A stretch of DNA of 63,556 bases, counting the filler, from Octopus bimaculoides (Eukaryota), in the NCBI RefSeq assembly GCF_001194135.2. It is 6 parts of 5 records of this genome, joined end to end, with 100 filler letters (N's around TTAATTAATTAA, not from the genome) between each part and the next. Parts side by side here need not be neighbours in the genome. Positions count along the whole stretch, not along the records: positions 13,835 to 41,999 come from NC_069007.1; 5 more parts are not named here. One strand, given 5' to 3'. This document shows, one piece after another, positions 24,388-36,942 of the stretch; within the stretch, counting starts at the first letter, position 1, and every line of letters begins with the position of its first letter. Position numbers and translations under genes: made by a program. The notes under the pieces were generated by a model that ran no database searches, was not told the origin of the DNA, and saw nothing but the letters and a program-made list of their open reading frames with translations.

Positions 24388-25764
24388 CTTGCAATAAAAA
24401 CACTATGAGAAAGTCAGAAGGAAACAGCACTATGGCTTAATCTGATGGGAGAACGAGCGCTTAATCGGGAAGACTTTTATTTAGTGTCATCAACTCGCTG
24501 CAAAAAACGTACAACTACAACGACAACAGCGATCATATAAGTACGAACTGAAACTATTCCTCTACTGACACCTCAAATTTTGTGGAACCAGAGCCTTTTC
24601 AACGGAGAGATAATGGAGTTAATGCGCCTTAGGTGAAGTAAAGAATGCTACAAGACGAGCGCCTTGATAAAATATATGAGAAATCGCCAAATAAGACACA
24701 TCACATAAATAAATAAATGTGTGACTTTTTCGTCGTCTATTAGGTGAAGTGTCGCATTTTGTAGTTTCCTTGAAAATATTAAACGATTCTCGAGCCAAAC
24801 CATTAATCTGGAAATTGTTAATTAGATGAGAGCCGTCAGAGAAATCGGAAATCCATTTTTCATTGTATACAAACAGTCTATGGGGCTACATCATAGCAGT
24901 CATTGAAACCGGAAGATGCAGTTGCAAACGATTGTAATCTGTCTCAATTTGATATGTCGTTGCCTGGCTTCCTGACTTAATTGTCAGCATTTTCACAATA
25001 CATTTTGGATTATTGAAAAGCGCCTCTCTTTTCTTTACACTGTCATAAAAGCAAACGTATCCTCATTAGTGTCGCATTCATCTTGGTTTCTCCTGGCTAC
25101 ACTGGTATTTTCAAGGCAAGGAAATACATCTTTAATATCATTTTCGGCTACAATTGCATCAACAGTAATCTGGAAATATGAAATTCCCTTTGCTGGCCCG
25201 AACGATATTCTTCGCAACTAACAGAGACGTCCATTGAACTCAAACTCTATAGTTTCTTTTTGATGTCGGCAATCTTAATTTCTCATACAGCCTAATAAAT
25301 CAAACGCAGACTTACTGATAATGCTCTCTATTTTTGTAGTAGATTTGATAACCTGTTGTGTATATACGCCGATAATGTCGGATTAATCAAAACGCAGTTA
25401 ATTGTTATGGCGGCTGAGATCATTTTTCACAACGATTAATTAGGCGTGTCACACTTAAAATAAATTCAATGATTTGTTCTTGTATTAACCTGGAAAATTT
25501 ATCATCGATAAGAAGATCAGTATAATTAAATGGAGATTGTTTTATAGCAATACGTTGGTAGAAGCGGGAGCAAAACTACAGCTAGCACTTTAACGCTGCC
25601 CGATATACTTTTACATTTTAGCAGACTGTTTATTGCCAAGTGTGTAGTAAACCTCTGAATTGGTTGGAAATAATAGATTCTCTTTGTAACATAAATTTAT
25701 GGCCACGAACAAGATAGGTGCATAGCTTTTTTGTCTCACACCAATTCGTGTTGCACAGATGTCT

Positions 25765-26122
25765 ATTTCAATCGTACAGAGGAGACTCCCGTCGGTCATG
25801 AAGCACCATGGTGTTGGACCTAGAAAGTTACCCTCCGAGGCACAAGTCTGGCGGGCAAGGTTGTTTATGGAAGATCAGCAGTCGCCCATGCAATACCAGA
25901 CTCCCCTCTCCACACTACCGATGTTATCCAAGGGAAAGGCAAGAGGGGCCGATACAGCATGGCACCAGTGATGTCGCAACTCATTTCTACAGCTGAGTTA
26001 ACTGGAGCAACGTGAAACAAAGTGTCTTGCTGAAGAACACAGAACGCAGTCGGGTCCGGGAATCGAACTCACAACCTCATGATCGTAAGCTCGACGCTCT
26101 AACCACTGAGCCATGCGCTTAT
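25765..26122 (-). mobile_element. tRNA-derived SINE family C (Arg-like head)
   Basis: Minus strand: gcgcaTGGCTCAGTGGttagagcgtcgagcTTACGAtcatgaggttgtGAGTTCGATTCCcgg, with A and B boxes and an ACG anticodon-like loop, followed by a non-tRNA body. Confidence 0.75.
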
Positions 26123-26132
26123 AATCGTACAA

Positions 26133-26350
26133 TGGTTTCAAATTTTGGCACAAGGCTAGCAAACTCGGCGAGTGGAGAGTATAGGTCAATTAGATCGACC
26201 CCAGTGTTCGAATGGTGTTTATTTTATCGATCCCGAAAGGTTGAAAGGCAAAGTCAACCTCGGAGGAATTTGAACTTAGAACCTAAAGGGAGACGTAATG
26301 CCGCTAAGCGTTTTATCCGGCGCGGTAACTATTCAGCCAACTCGCCGCCT
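26133..26350 (-). mobile_element. tRNA-derived SINE family A, diverged full-length copy
   Basis: Minus strand starts aaggcggcgagttggctgaatagttaccgcgccgg and aligns by eye to 43057-43200. Confidence 0.75.
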
Positions 26351-27994
26351 TATTTTTTAACCTTAAAATATTTATTTTAAATAAGGGACCTTACTCAGCC
26401 AGGCACCTATTCACAACGCCAGTGATTTTTCAGTTACTGTTTTCCAATATGTATAGCGATGGATCTTCTCTTAGCATGTTGTCAGTGGGTACGTTTGATG
26501 AAAAATTCCAGCAAAGCAGAAACGTGCGCCAATCACTCTTGCCGCTACTGTTAGATGATCTTTATCTGCTACTGATATACCTCTGTATTTTTAAAAACAA
26601 TGCATCCATAAAGAATATTATCCACAGACGAATGCCTCAGTTAATTTGCCCTTTCGCGATACATCTACATTAGGTATGATACATAAATGGATTTGTACAT
26701 GTAATATTGTTTATTACAGCATATAACGGGTTTTTAATTCGTGTATTCTTATAAACCCGATCGCGTAGAATAAGATTAACATATTCAAATGCCAACACGG
26801 CTGCAAAAGCGAGATTTTGATGTCATAGCAATATTTAACGCAAGATGCTCCATGAATAATCTAAGTGTTAAATCAGTGGTTTTTACTTCTTTAACTTTGC
26901 ATGATTTCGGATTCAATCAGGCTTTCAAATTATTGTATATTCTTGTGACAAGCTTGTTGTTGATTTTCAAAATCTTGATGGTGTTGCAAAATTTACAACA
27001 GATCAGTTGTGAAGAAAGACGGCATCGGCGCTGTGCATATCGTTATATTTTTCGTCTTTTCATTGGCAAAGATTTTCCTTTTGTTTTTGTTTTTTTACGA
27101 TAGCCTTCTCTGCAAGCATGGCTGGGAATGGCCGAGAAAGGTAAAGCAGTCAATGATAGATTGAAGGCATACGTCAGAGTTTGTGTCAAGTTCTCTCTGA
27201 ACACATACTGCAAGACCACTGTTATATTTTTGAGAAAGAGTTGAGGTCCCTAGCAGGACAGAAAAGTCATAACTGTTCTGCTCATGTTTAAGAGAAAATT
27301 CAAGCAACCGATGCCACTGCAGTCTATATGTATATAGAGAAGGATATGTGTTAATGTAGTTTCACTAAATGTAGCAGAAATACGCCAGTGACCAGCTCAA
27401 AGATTCGAGGAAGCGTTTCCAACGCTTCGTAATAGAGTGTACTTTGACACAATAAACGGGAACTGAATAGATTATTTTTCTGTCTGGTCCCAAATGGTCC
27501 CTTCAAGGTACTGCAACCAATTCCTCACATATGATTTTGGTAGGTAGTACCTCGATGACGTTTTTCTGCAGCTGCAAGTAACATTTGTAAAATCTTCAAC
27601 AGAAATCTTATATGATCGATATTGCCAGTCACATGAAGAATTTAAAGGTTTCACTTACTCTTTCGTTCGATATCTAAATACCCAGTAAACAAAAGAGCTA
27701 CGGAAGCCCTTCAATCCCACGAGATCAGACCGGAAATGTCGATCGTGTCATATCTGTAGCCATATGTGACTATTCCCCGGTTTTCGATCGTTCGATAGCA
27801 AAACTATTTCGCTGGTAATATGGTCGTCATGCATCCATGGCAAACACTACACTCCATATTTACGACGAACATATACGAATGCATAACGCTTTAGTATTTT
27901 CTTTTCGTTTCGTTTTTTCATGTCAAACTCGTTCTCTCCGTAGTTTCTCGAATCCACAACAATATTTGTTCTCCACAACTTTATCCAGCTACAA

Positions 27995-28156
27995 TGAAAG
28001 TTGGCTCCCGGGCCGCATGGTTTCAGGTTCAGCCCCACAACGTCACAACTTCGGCAACTGCCTTCTATTATAGCCCAGGGCCTTCAAAGCCTTGTGAGTG
28101 GATTTGGTAGACGGAAACTGAAAAGAAGCCCATCGTATATATATACATATATATAT

Positions 28157-28210
<54 letters not shown>

Positions 28211-28312
28211 ATGTGCGTGTGTATGTTTGCGTGTCTTCGTTCCTGTATTTGTCCCCTAACGTCATTTGACAACCGGTGTCAGCGTGTTTACGGCCCCGTA
28301 AATTGCCCGCCT
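27995..28312 (+). mobile_element. tRNA-derived SINE family B with internal (TA)n/(TG)n
   Basis: ggttcagcccc..., aaagccttgtgagtggatttggtagacggaaactgaaaagaagccc, microsatellite, then ttgacaaccggtgtcagcgtgtttacggccccgtaa. Confidence 0.7.
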
Positions 28313-28608
28313 AAAAAACCCACGTGCGATATGGTCAGAATATCCACCGCTGTGAATATAATGACGAAATAAATTCATATAAATAAGGGTAAGATCGATA
28401 TATAAAAATATCGATCTTATCAAGTGGCCAGCATGGAAATGAAAACCATCAAAGGTAACAATTATTTAAAATTATAATATAGGGAATCTAAGAGACACAA
28501 CCACGCTGAAAATAGCAGCCAAATTTTGACTCTACACCACAATAAATGTTCATATAGCGCAAAGAACGAAGACGAAGAAAAAAATAAACTAGCAAAAATT
28601 ACTGGATA

Positions 28609-28667
28609 ATTCCAGATCCTGGATTTCTGGCTTTGCATAGGAAATGCTCTGCCTTCATCAGTGGAAT
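28609..28667 (-). ncRNA. Minimal type-I hammerhead ribozyme (variant)
   Basis: Minus strand: ATTCCA-CTGATGA-A-GGC AGA GCAT TTCCT ATGC AAA GCC-A-GAAA-TCC A GGA-TC^TGGAAT. Stem I is 6 bp, stem III is ATCC/GGAT around one nucleotide, and the site is AUC. Confidence 0.75.
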
Positions 28668-28689
28668 ATACTCAGAAAAGCACATAAAT

Positions 28690-28720
<31 letters not shown>

Positions 28721-28855
28721 AACATAAGTTATACTTACATATACATACACACGACCAGTTGAAAGTATATATGCGTGCATGTATATATATATATATATAT
28801 AAATGTATTCATACTTTTACACGCACCTGCACACATACACACATATATGTATATG

Positions 28856-28896
<41 letters not shown>

Positions 28897-29950
28897 ATAT
28901 GTATGAATATATATATATACATTGATAGGTAGATGTATGTATGTGTGTGTGTGTTTATATATATGCGAGAGATAGAGAGATATAGATGGAAAACGAGTGA
29001 GAAGCACCACACTGTGCCTCTGTGTGTGCGTGAGTGTGCGCACGCTTGTGTGTGTATGCGTGTCTGTGTGTCTGTCTGTGTCTGATATCTATAAAACTTT
29101 TATTCCGAGGTGGTAACTCAGCTGGACATAAGCGTCCGTGTCTTCGTGTTTTCAGAAGAAACTTTTTAGCCTTGAAGCGCGGAAAAAAAAAGCAAAATTA
29201 AAAATGCAAAATAAAAAATGTAAAAATTGAAAATTTGTTTTTGTCTTATTTTTTTTTTTTTGTACATCAAACGAAAAATATTAGATCAAATACTTCTTTC
29301 CCCTCTTCCTCAGTTATTCACATTCGACGGAAAATTTTCTAGTGAGGCACGGTTGTGTGATTAAGAAACTCCCTTTAGATTTACGTGGTTTCGGGTTCAA
29401 CCACANNNNNNNNNNNNNNNNNNNNNNNNNNNNNNNNNNNNNNNNNNNNNNNNNNNNNNNNNNNNNNNNNNNNNNNNNNNNNNNNNNNNNNNNNNNNNNN
29501 NNNNNNNNNNNNNNNNNNNNNNNNNNNNNNNNNNNNNNNNNNNNNNNNNNNNNNNNNNNNNNNNNNNNNNNNNNNNNNNNNNNNNNNNNNNNNNNNNNNN
29601 NNNNNNNNNNNNNNNNNNNNNNNNNNNNNNNNNNNNNNNNNNNNNNNNNNNNNNNNNNNNNNNNNNNNNNNNNNNNNNNNNNNNNNNNNNNNNNNNNNNN
29701 NNNNNNNNNNNNNNNNNNNNNNNNNNNNNNNNNNNNNNNNNNNNNNNNNNNNNNNNNNNNNNNNNNNNNNNNNNNNNNNNNNNNNNNNNNNNNNNNNNNN
29801 NNNNNNNNNNNNNNNNNNNNNNNNNNNNNNNNNNNNNNNNNNNNNNNNNNNNNNNNNNNNNNNNNNNNNNNNNNNNNNNNNNNNNNNNNNNNNNNNNNNN
29901 NNNNNNNNNNNNNNNNNNNNNNNNNNNNNNNNNNNNNNNNNNNNNNNNNN

Positions 29951-29992
<42 letters not shown>

Positions 29993-30036
29993 TTGCGAGA
30001 GGTAAACAAACTTTTTCAAACAGCTAGTCGTGCTAC

Positions 30037-30079
30037 TTCAGGCTGATGACGAGCAAAGACTCAGAAACATGTCCCTGAA
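30037..30079 (+). ncRNA. Minimal type-I hammerhead ribozyme (variant)
   Basis: TTCAGG-CTGATGA-C-GAG CAAAGA CTC-A-GAAAC-AT-GTC^CCTGAA. Stem I is 6 bp, stem III is palindromic ACATGT, and the site is GUC. Confidence 0.8.
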
Positions 30080-31105
30080 TGCAGGTTAAGCTGGGTGGAG
30101 GAGTTTGTCTCCTCCTCGCAAAGATAAGGACACAGGAAATGTGTCAAGGCCTAATAGGAAGCGGTCCAGATTCCTAGGGCTAAATAGCAGTAGTATATTC
30201 CCTTATTGGGACTGTCACGTTAAGTTGGCTGTATACAACTACTTTATCGCATCACTACTGCTTAAGTCTCTCTGAGAGATTTAGAAATGTATTATTTCTA
30301 ATACATATATATATATATATATAGAAAGAATCAGTAGAGATGGGTTTTTTGAAGGGATAATTTTCATTCTAATCTGTAAATATTATTATTAAGATTAAAA
30401 TATAAATTATCCCTTAAAAAAGTCATCTCTACTCATTCTCTCAAATAGATATGATACTGTACCAAGAACCTTCTCTTTCTTAATCTAATAATCAAAGGGC
30501 TGCGATTCTGCATTAGCCCCTATACCTATTGGTTCAGCTGAATCAATTTGAAATGATTTAATAAAGAGTTACATTATATGGCCATGGTTTTAGATAGTTA
30601 CGCTGTCGAAGACAAGTCAGGTGCTTTATCATGCTACTTGTCAGTTCTGGGAAAATAATTGATACTCAAGCAGACTGTTCTGAGACTCACTGAACTCCGT
30701 ATATTAAAAGACTACGTCTCACGCACACACATTGAAAATACACGCATATACATGAATACACACACAATGAAAGACAGCGAAAATTCAACATTGTAAAAAG
30801 CACCCCCACAAAAAAAATTGTTTTCCATCGAGGTATCTTTTCGAAAAACTATTTCTCAAAATATCGTTTATAACACTCATTTCGAAAAAGGCTACTTTTA
30901 TATAAGAACATACGTGTAAGCATCTGAGTAAATTGTAAGTCATTTCAACAAAACGGAAAAAATAACGTTAGTCAAATTAATTTAAGATTAATTAGCTACT
31001 TCTGAAATAAGAAATATAACATACATAATATTTTTTTTCTCAGAACACTCCAAAAATATAATAGTGCAAACAGACGCTTTGGATAAGAAAGAAATTCAAA
31101 CTTAC

Positions 31106-31198
31106 CGCCAGGTTATTCCGACATTTGAGCTGGCTAACTCAGGAATTATGGGATTGTCCTTGTGCCGGTCAGAAAGTGGAACGAGGTTAGCAACAATT
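31106..31198 (-). CDS. Probable host-gene internal exon (93 nt, phase 2-2), product unknown
   Basis: Acceptor ctctctttctttctctttgtttgtgtag and donor CG|gtaagt. Only one frame is open: (R)IVANLVPLSDRHKDNPIIPELASSNVGITW(R). Confidence 0.55.
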
Positions 31199-31401
31199 CT
31201 ACACAAACAAAGAGAAAGAAAGAGAGTGTCATGTAGTCTTCTCAAAGCAGACGACCGATTCACTAAGAGAGGGGGAAGGGGAGGGTAGAATATTTCGAAA
31301 ACATCTGGACGGAATTTCTTTGAAATAAAAATAAATATTTTCTCTAATTTTCCGATGATATGGATAAAAAATCACAGGAGTGCCTGAGAGTGCACACACC
31401 T

Positions 31402-31452
<51 letters not shown>

Positions 31453-31830
31453 CGATAGATAATACAAAATACGTGTTATACGAAGAAGAGGTAAACAAAC
31501 TAACAGGTGATTAATAAATGAGATAAAAACAGAAAGAAATATGTGTTTTACAGGCCCAGAATTTACTCTCCTTCTAAGAGACTGAGAGGTAAAGGTACAC
31601 AGAAACGAAGAAACAAGAAAGANNNNNNNNNNNNNNNNNNNNNNNNNNNNNNNNNNNNNNNNNNNNNNNNNNNNNNNNNNNNNNNNNNNNNNNNNNNNNN
31701 NNNNNNNNNNNNNNNNNNNNNNATACATATAATTATATATATATACATATAATTATATATATATATATATATGTACATATAATTATATATACATATAATT
31801 ATATATATATAATTATGTGTGTGTGTGCGT

Positions 31831-31872
<42 letters not shown>

Positions 31873-31925
31873 GTGTAATTCATCTTGTGCATGACACGGC
31901 TCATCACTACGTAACACGCTATCAC

Positions 31926-31998
31926 CTGTTCAAACGCCGACGTAAAATCTCGGAGACATGAAACAAATTTTTCTCTCGTCTTTGAGTTCCGAAATATA
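31926..31998 (-). CDS. Candidate exon upstream of 31106-31198 (73 nt)
   Basis: Donor AACAG|gtgata. The frame YFGTQRREKNLFHVSEILRRRLN ends in phase 2 and joins the next exon in its only open frame. The acceptor is weak. Confidence 0.35.
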
Positions 31999-32658
31999 CT
32001 ACACATATATTACACAATACACTACAGACATATTACATCCTCAAATATTTATATATGTATATGTATATATATATATACGTCTGTGTGAGTGTGTGTATTT
32101 GTGTGAGTGTGTGTTGGTGTCTATGTGTGTGTTGGTGGGTGAGTGTACGTGTGTGTGTGTTTGTGAGTATTCATATGTATTTATAGACATATATATAGAC
32201 ATAAACATGTATACACGTTCTATGTATGTATGTGTTTGTGCGTGTGTATATCTATCTATCTATCTATATATCTACATATCTATATATATATCTATATATA
32301 TATATATANNNNNNNNNNNNNNNNNNNNNNNNNNNNNNNNNNNNNNNNNNNNNNNNNNNNNNNNNNNNNNNNNNNNNNNNNNNNNNNNNNNNNNNNNNNN
32401 NNNNNNNNNNNNNNNNNNNNNNNNNNNNNNNNNNNNNNNNNNNNNNNNNNNNNNNNNNNNNNNNNNNNNNNNNNNNNNNNNNNNNNNNNNNNNNNNNNNN
32501 NNNNNNNNNNNNNNNNNNNNNNNNNNNNNNNNNNNNNNNNNNNNNNNNNNNNNNNNNNNNNNNNNNNNNNNNNNNNNNNNNNNNNNNNNNNNNNNNNNNN
32601 NNNNNNNNNNNNNNNNNNNNNNNNNNNNNNNNNNNTATATATAGAGAGAGAGATAGAC

Positions 32659-32710
<52 letters not shown>

Positions 32711-34156
32711 TATATATATAAACACACACACGTGTATGTGTATGTTTGTGAGTGTAAGCTTTATGAAATTGTCTAAAATGAAACCAAAGAATAATATTAG
32801 AATTCGAAGCGAAGGAAAATTATTGGAAGTTCATAACAGCAACAACAGCACCGAAAATAATAATAATAATAATAATAATAATGACGATCATGAGGATTAT
32901 AATAATAATGATGATAATAACAACATCAATAATAATAATAATATTATATGCAGTATTGCTATCGCAGAGAACTTCTTGCACACGTTTTGCTTTGAACTGA
33001 ATGGAAAACATGAGTAACAATAGAAAGAAACAAAATTCCAGTTTAACAGTTGATGCTATGATTCCACTGTGCCATTCTAAACAATCCATGTTCAATCTTT
33101 TTCTACAGAGAATTGTTATATCTTGGTAATGTTATAGGTAAATATATCTTGGCTGTTCTTGGAAAACATGGACCCACTGATGCATATAATGAAACATAAA
33201 TCATTATAAATTCACATTTTCTTTTCGTTTTGTTCTCATTTTTATTTCATAGTAATTTGTTTGGTTCTGAGGCAGTTGTTTTTACTTCAATCATCTTAAA
33301 ACAAATAGAAACAACAACAACAACAACAACTTTATGAACAGGAACAAGAATAAAAATAGTAAAAAAGACGGAGAAAGAGAGAAAAGAGTGAAAGAAAGGC
33401 AGACAAATCGAAAGATACGGAGTGGGTGAATAAAATATTTCTGTAGTTAGAATATTTCACAGAATATAAACTAGAATTTCCTAGATGTAAGAATGTGATA
33501 AACGCTGTTGGTTTAAGATCAATATATATACGAATTACTTGCTGAACTAATCTTTACGCTCCTGACCCAAACTAATACTTTGAATGGAACTAATTTTCTG
33601 CAATATTTGCTGTAGTTATCATTTCCTATAGTTCTTCCTTTCAGCCAATCTTTAAATCCATATTATTCCACTAGAAGTGAAACTAAACAACGAAGAAAGA
33701 AAGAAAGAAAAACAAAAAAAAAAACGAAGAAAACAAATAAAATTGCATATAAATAAAAGATGAAAATGAACAAAATCAATTTTAAAATAAAGGGAAGCAG
33801 TGAAATAACATTGTGTGTGTGTGTACGTGTTCGCGTGTGTGTATGTGTGTGTGATTTTGCTTCCATGTTTAAATATATAAACATATGTATTTATATACAT
33901 CAATGCATAACTATATATATATATATATATAAACATAAGTATACATACGTATATACGCATATATATAATATGCATACATGCATGCACATACATATATATG
34001 TATATATATTTATATATGTGTGTATATATGTATATATGAATATACATTTATATATGTATATATATGTGCATGTATAAAATATACACATACACACATCTAT
34101 ATACACTTATTTATATATAATATGATTACATACATAGATTCATTTATGTGTGTATG

Positions 34157-34198
<42 letters not shown>

Positions 34199-34257
34199 CA
34201 TACAAATATGCATACATACATACACACAAACATTCATGCCATCATGTATACATATAC

Positions 34258-34316
<59 letters not shown>

Positions 34317-35205
34317 CATACATAAATTCATGTTATCTCTCCAAGAGCATTAATAGATTCTTTTAATGTAGCAGAATTTAGCTATTTCGCGCACCACTGA
34401 AACTTGGAATACAGGTCAGAGTTTAGGGGAAAAAAAATGGAAATAGTGTTTATATCTCTGCATTATGGTTGTAACACAGAGTTCTGGAGTAAAGTGTATG
34501 CCGACATAATTTACGCTATCAGATCTGGTAGTTTATAAGCCAGCAAGTGAGCAACCAAACGGTTTCATGTAGAACAGAGGAAGATAAATTTTTAGCATTT
34601 CACGGCTTGGCAATGAATGAGATAAAAGTATATAAAATCGTATGCGTTGAAGAATGAAGGTTTTGTTGACTAACCCTATGCTGGCCTGCCGCATTTTTAA
34701 GGCAGGTAGATTTCCGAGGTTTTATGAAATAATTTAGTGCTGTTCACCATGATAATATACTTGTGAGCAAGCTATTGTATCGTCTATTGTTCCGAAGAAG
34801 AGAAACATATATGGCCGTTGTAATGCAAGTAGAATGTCGTTCAGTGTATTTCTTATCATAAACCTTCAAACAGTTCTGAGGCAACGAGTTGAATAAAATT
34901 GTCACGATAAGTCACATCAAGTCAGCGGAAATAGATTGTTAGAAACAAAGACAAGCTTGCAATTCATGGTCGTTTGTATAATGGTAAATAAACCTGCCTG
35001 TTTTAACAGAAGAACGGTGATGGCTATGCCGTCAAAGAAGGGAAAGAGATAGCTACCTGGCAAATAAAAGTGAATGAGATAGCGGTGTACTGCAGAAGGT
35101 TGCTTGCACAGCCACGTGACTCCCGGATCGCCCCAGCTGCACGAGAGCTTCGGCGAATGACCCCCTCACCTAGCTTCACATTGTAGACACTGCTGCCGGT
35201 CGTTC

Positions 35206-35236
<31 letters not shown>

Positions 35237-35451
35237 TGTATGTATGTAGGTAGGTAGGTAGGTAGGTAGGTAGGTAGGTAGGTAGGTAGGTAGGTAGGTA
35301 GGTAGGTAGGTAGATAGATAGATAGATAGATAGATAGNNNNNNNNNNNNNNNNNNNNNNNNNNNNNNNNNNNNNNNNNNNNNNNNNNNNNNNNNNNNNNN
35401 NNNNNNNNNNNNNNNNNNNNNNNNNNNNNNNNNNNNNNNNNNNNNNNNNNN

Positions 35452-35730
35452 GTTGACCACTAAAGTGGACATTTAATGTGCTAGAAATAGACCACATCTT
35501 GTGTCTACTAAGACCTAAATTCCGCTGAATTTCGTTTTGAGAACAATTTAGGTCTTAGTAGACACAAGATGTGGTCTATTTCTAGCACATTAAATGTCCA
35601 CTTTAGTGGTCAACGTTATATATAAAAATATACTTTAATCCCCTGAGATCGCAGATATTTTTTCTGAATCTCTCTGTTTCTTTAAATGTGCTAGCTTTCT
35701 GGTAATAAATCGATATTAATTAATATATGA
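35452..35730. mobile_element. PLE-type terminal-repeat fragment with perfect 70-bp inverted duplication (copy B)
   Basis: 35452-35521 is the exact reverse complement of 35545-35614, with a 23-nt spacer. Arm and tail are homologous to 7593-8132. Confidence 0.75.
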
Positions 35731-35989
35731 TTTTTTACCCTATGTTTTATATATATATATATATTATATTATATTATATTATATTATATTAAGGGCATAA
35801 CTACTGGTGAATACCTTACGTTATGAGGGATTTTTTTAAAGTCAAAACTACCATAATAAATATATAGTGTACCGTCAGCGAGGGAATGCAACTTGGAAAT
35901 AGTCTCTTAAAAACAGATTCAGTCGCAAATCATGATTTCATAGTTAGTGTACATAATCCACTTTCCAATCGTCAGTGCAGGCATAATCA

Positions 35990-36270
35990 AGACACATACA
36001 AATGAACAAAATTATATATTGTGTGTGTCTATGTGTCTGTCTGTCTGTTTGTTTATGCGTCTGTACACGTGCATCACTAAAACTCGACAACTACCCGACC
36101 GATTTCATCCAAGTTTTACACATGCCTTACTTAGCGTCCATGCAGTGTTATGGGCCAAGAAAGTTTTCAACCTCTTGCCAAACGCGAGCCCGGAGCAATC
36201 TCTTACACTGTATCGGTATTACGTGTCAAAAGTGAAACAGATACATCTCCGTTGTAACGCGATATAATAG
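35990..36270 (+). mobile_element. Probable non-autonomous Helitron-type fragment
   Basis: (TGTC)n/(TGTT)n run followed by ...aactacccgaccgatttcatccaagttttacac..., an arrangement common in non-autonomous rolling-circle elements. Termini were not resolved. Confidence 0.35.
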
Positions 36271-36877
36271 GTTCACTTGTATATGATTTCACTTTCAATA
36301 GTTTCACTTTTTATAGTTTCATGTCTATTAGTTTCACTTTCTATATATAACATGAGAGGGTTAGGGGTTGGGGGTTCAACCCACTGAGGGATAGTATCTA
36401 TCCAGTATACTGCTGGGAGGGTACCCAATTATTGCTACGCTAGTGCTATACTAGGTGCAATCAATGGGAGCGGGTAAACGTGGAGGTTTTACCCAAAATT
36501 TGTGTAACAATTAGAAAATGGAGGATAATATGCTGAACCCAACTACTTGCAGACGGTGTATCCCGTTGAATTCATTAATTTAATTCATAGCAAAAGTGAC
36601 AAAAAAAGGGGAGAAAAGAAAAAGAAAGAAAGAACCAAAGCACAGGTGTCTATGGCAGACTATTTTGTTTTGCCAACATGGTTTACATACGTTTGTATAT
36701 ATCTATATGTGCATATATATATGTATATATATATGTACGTATTCCAATTTATTTTCTCATATATATAAATAAATAAATATCCATTTACGTATCATTCTTA
36801 ATAACTTTGTTAATACGTGATACGAAAATTTACTGCGATATTCTTCCTGAGACGATATCATATGAACGTTCTTTATG

Positions 36878-36942
<65 letters not shown>

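Noticed and set aside
27100-27690. Mariner-like N-terminus (KAYVRVCVK), a YLDDVF string, and a 76-codon minus-strand frame
   Set aside because: The readings are mutually incompatible and neighbouring diagnostic motifs (WVPHEL, DETW, RT boxes) are not found.
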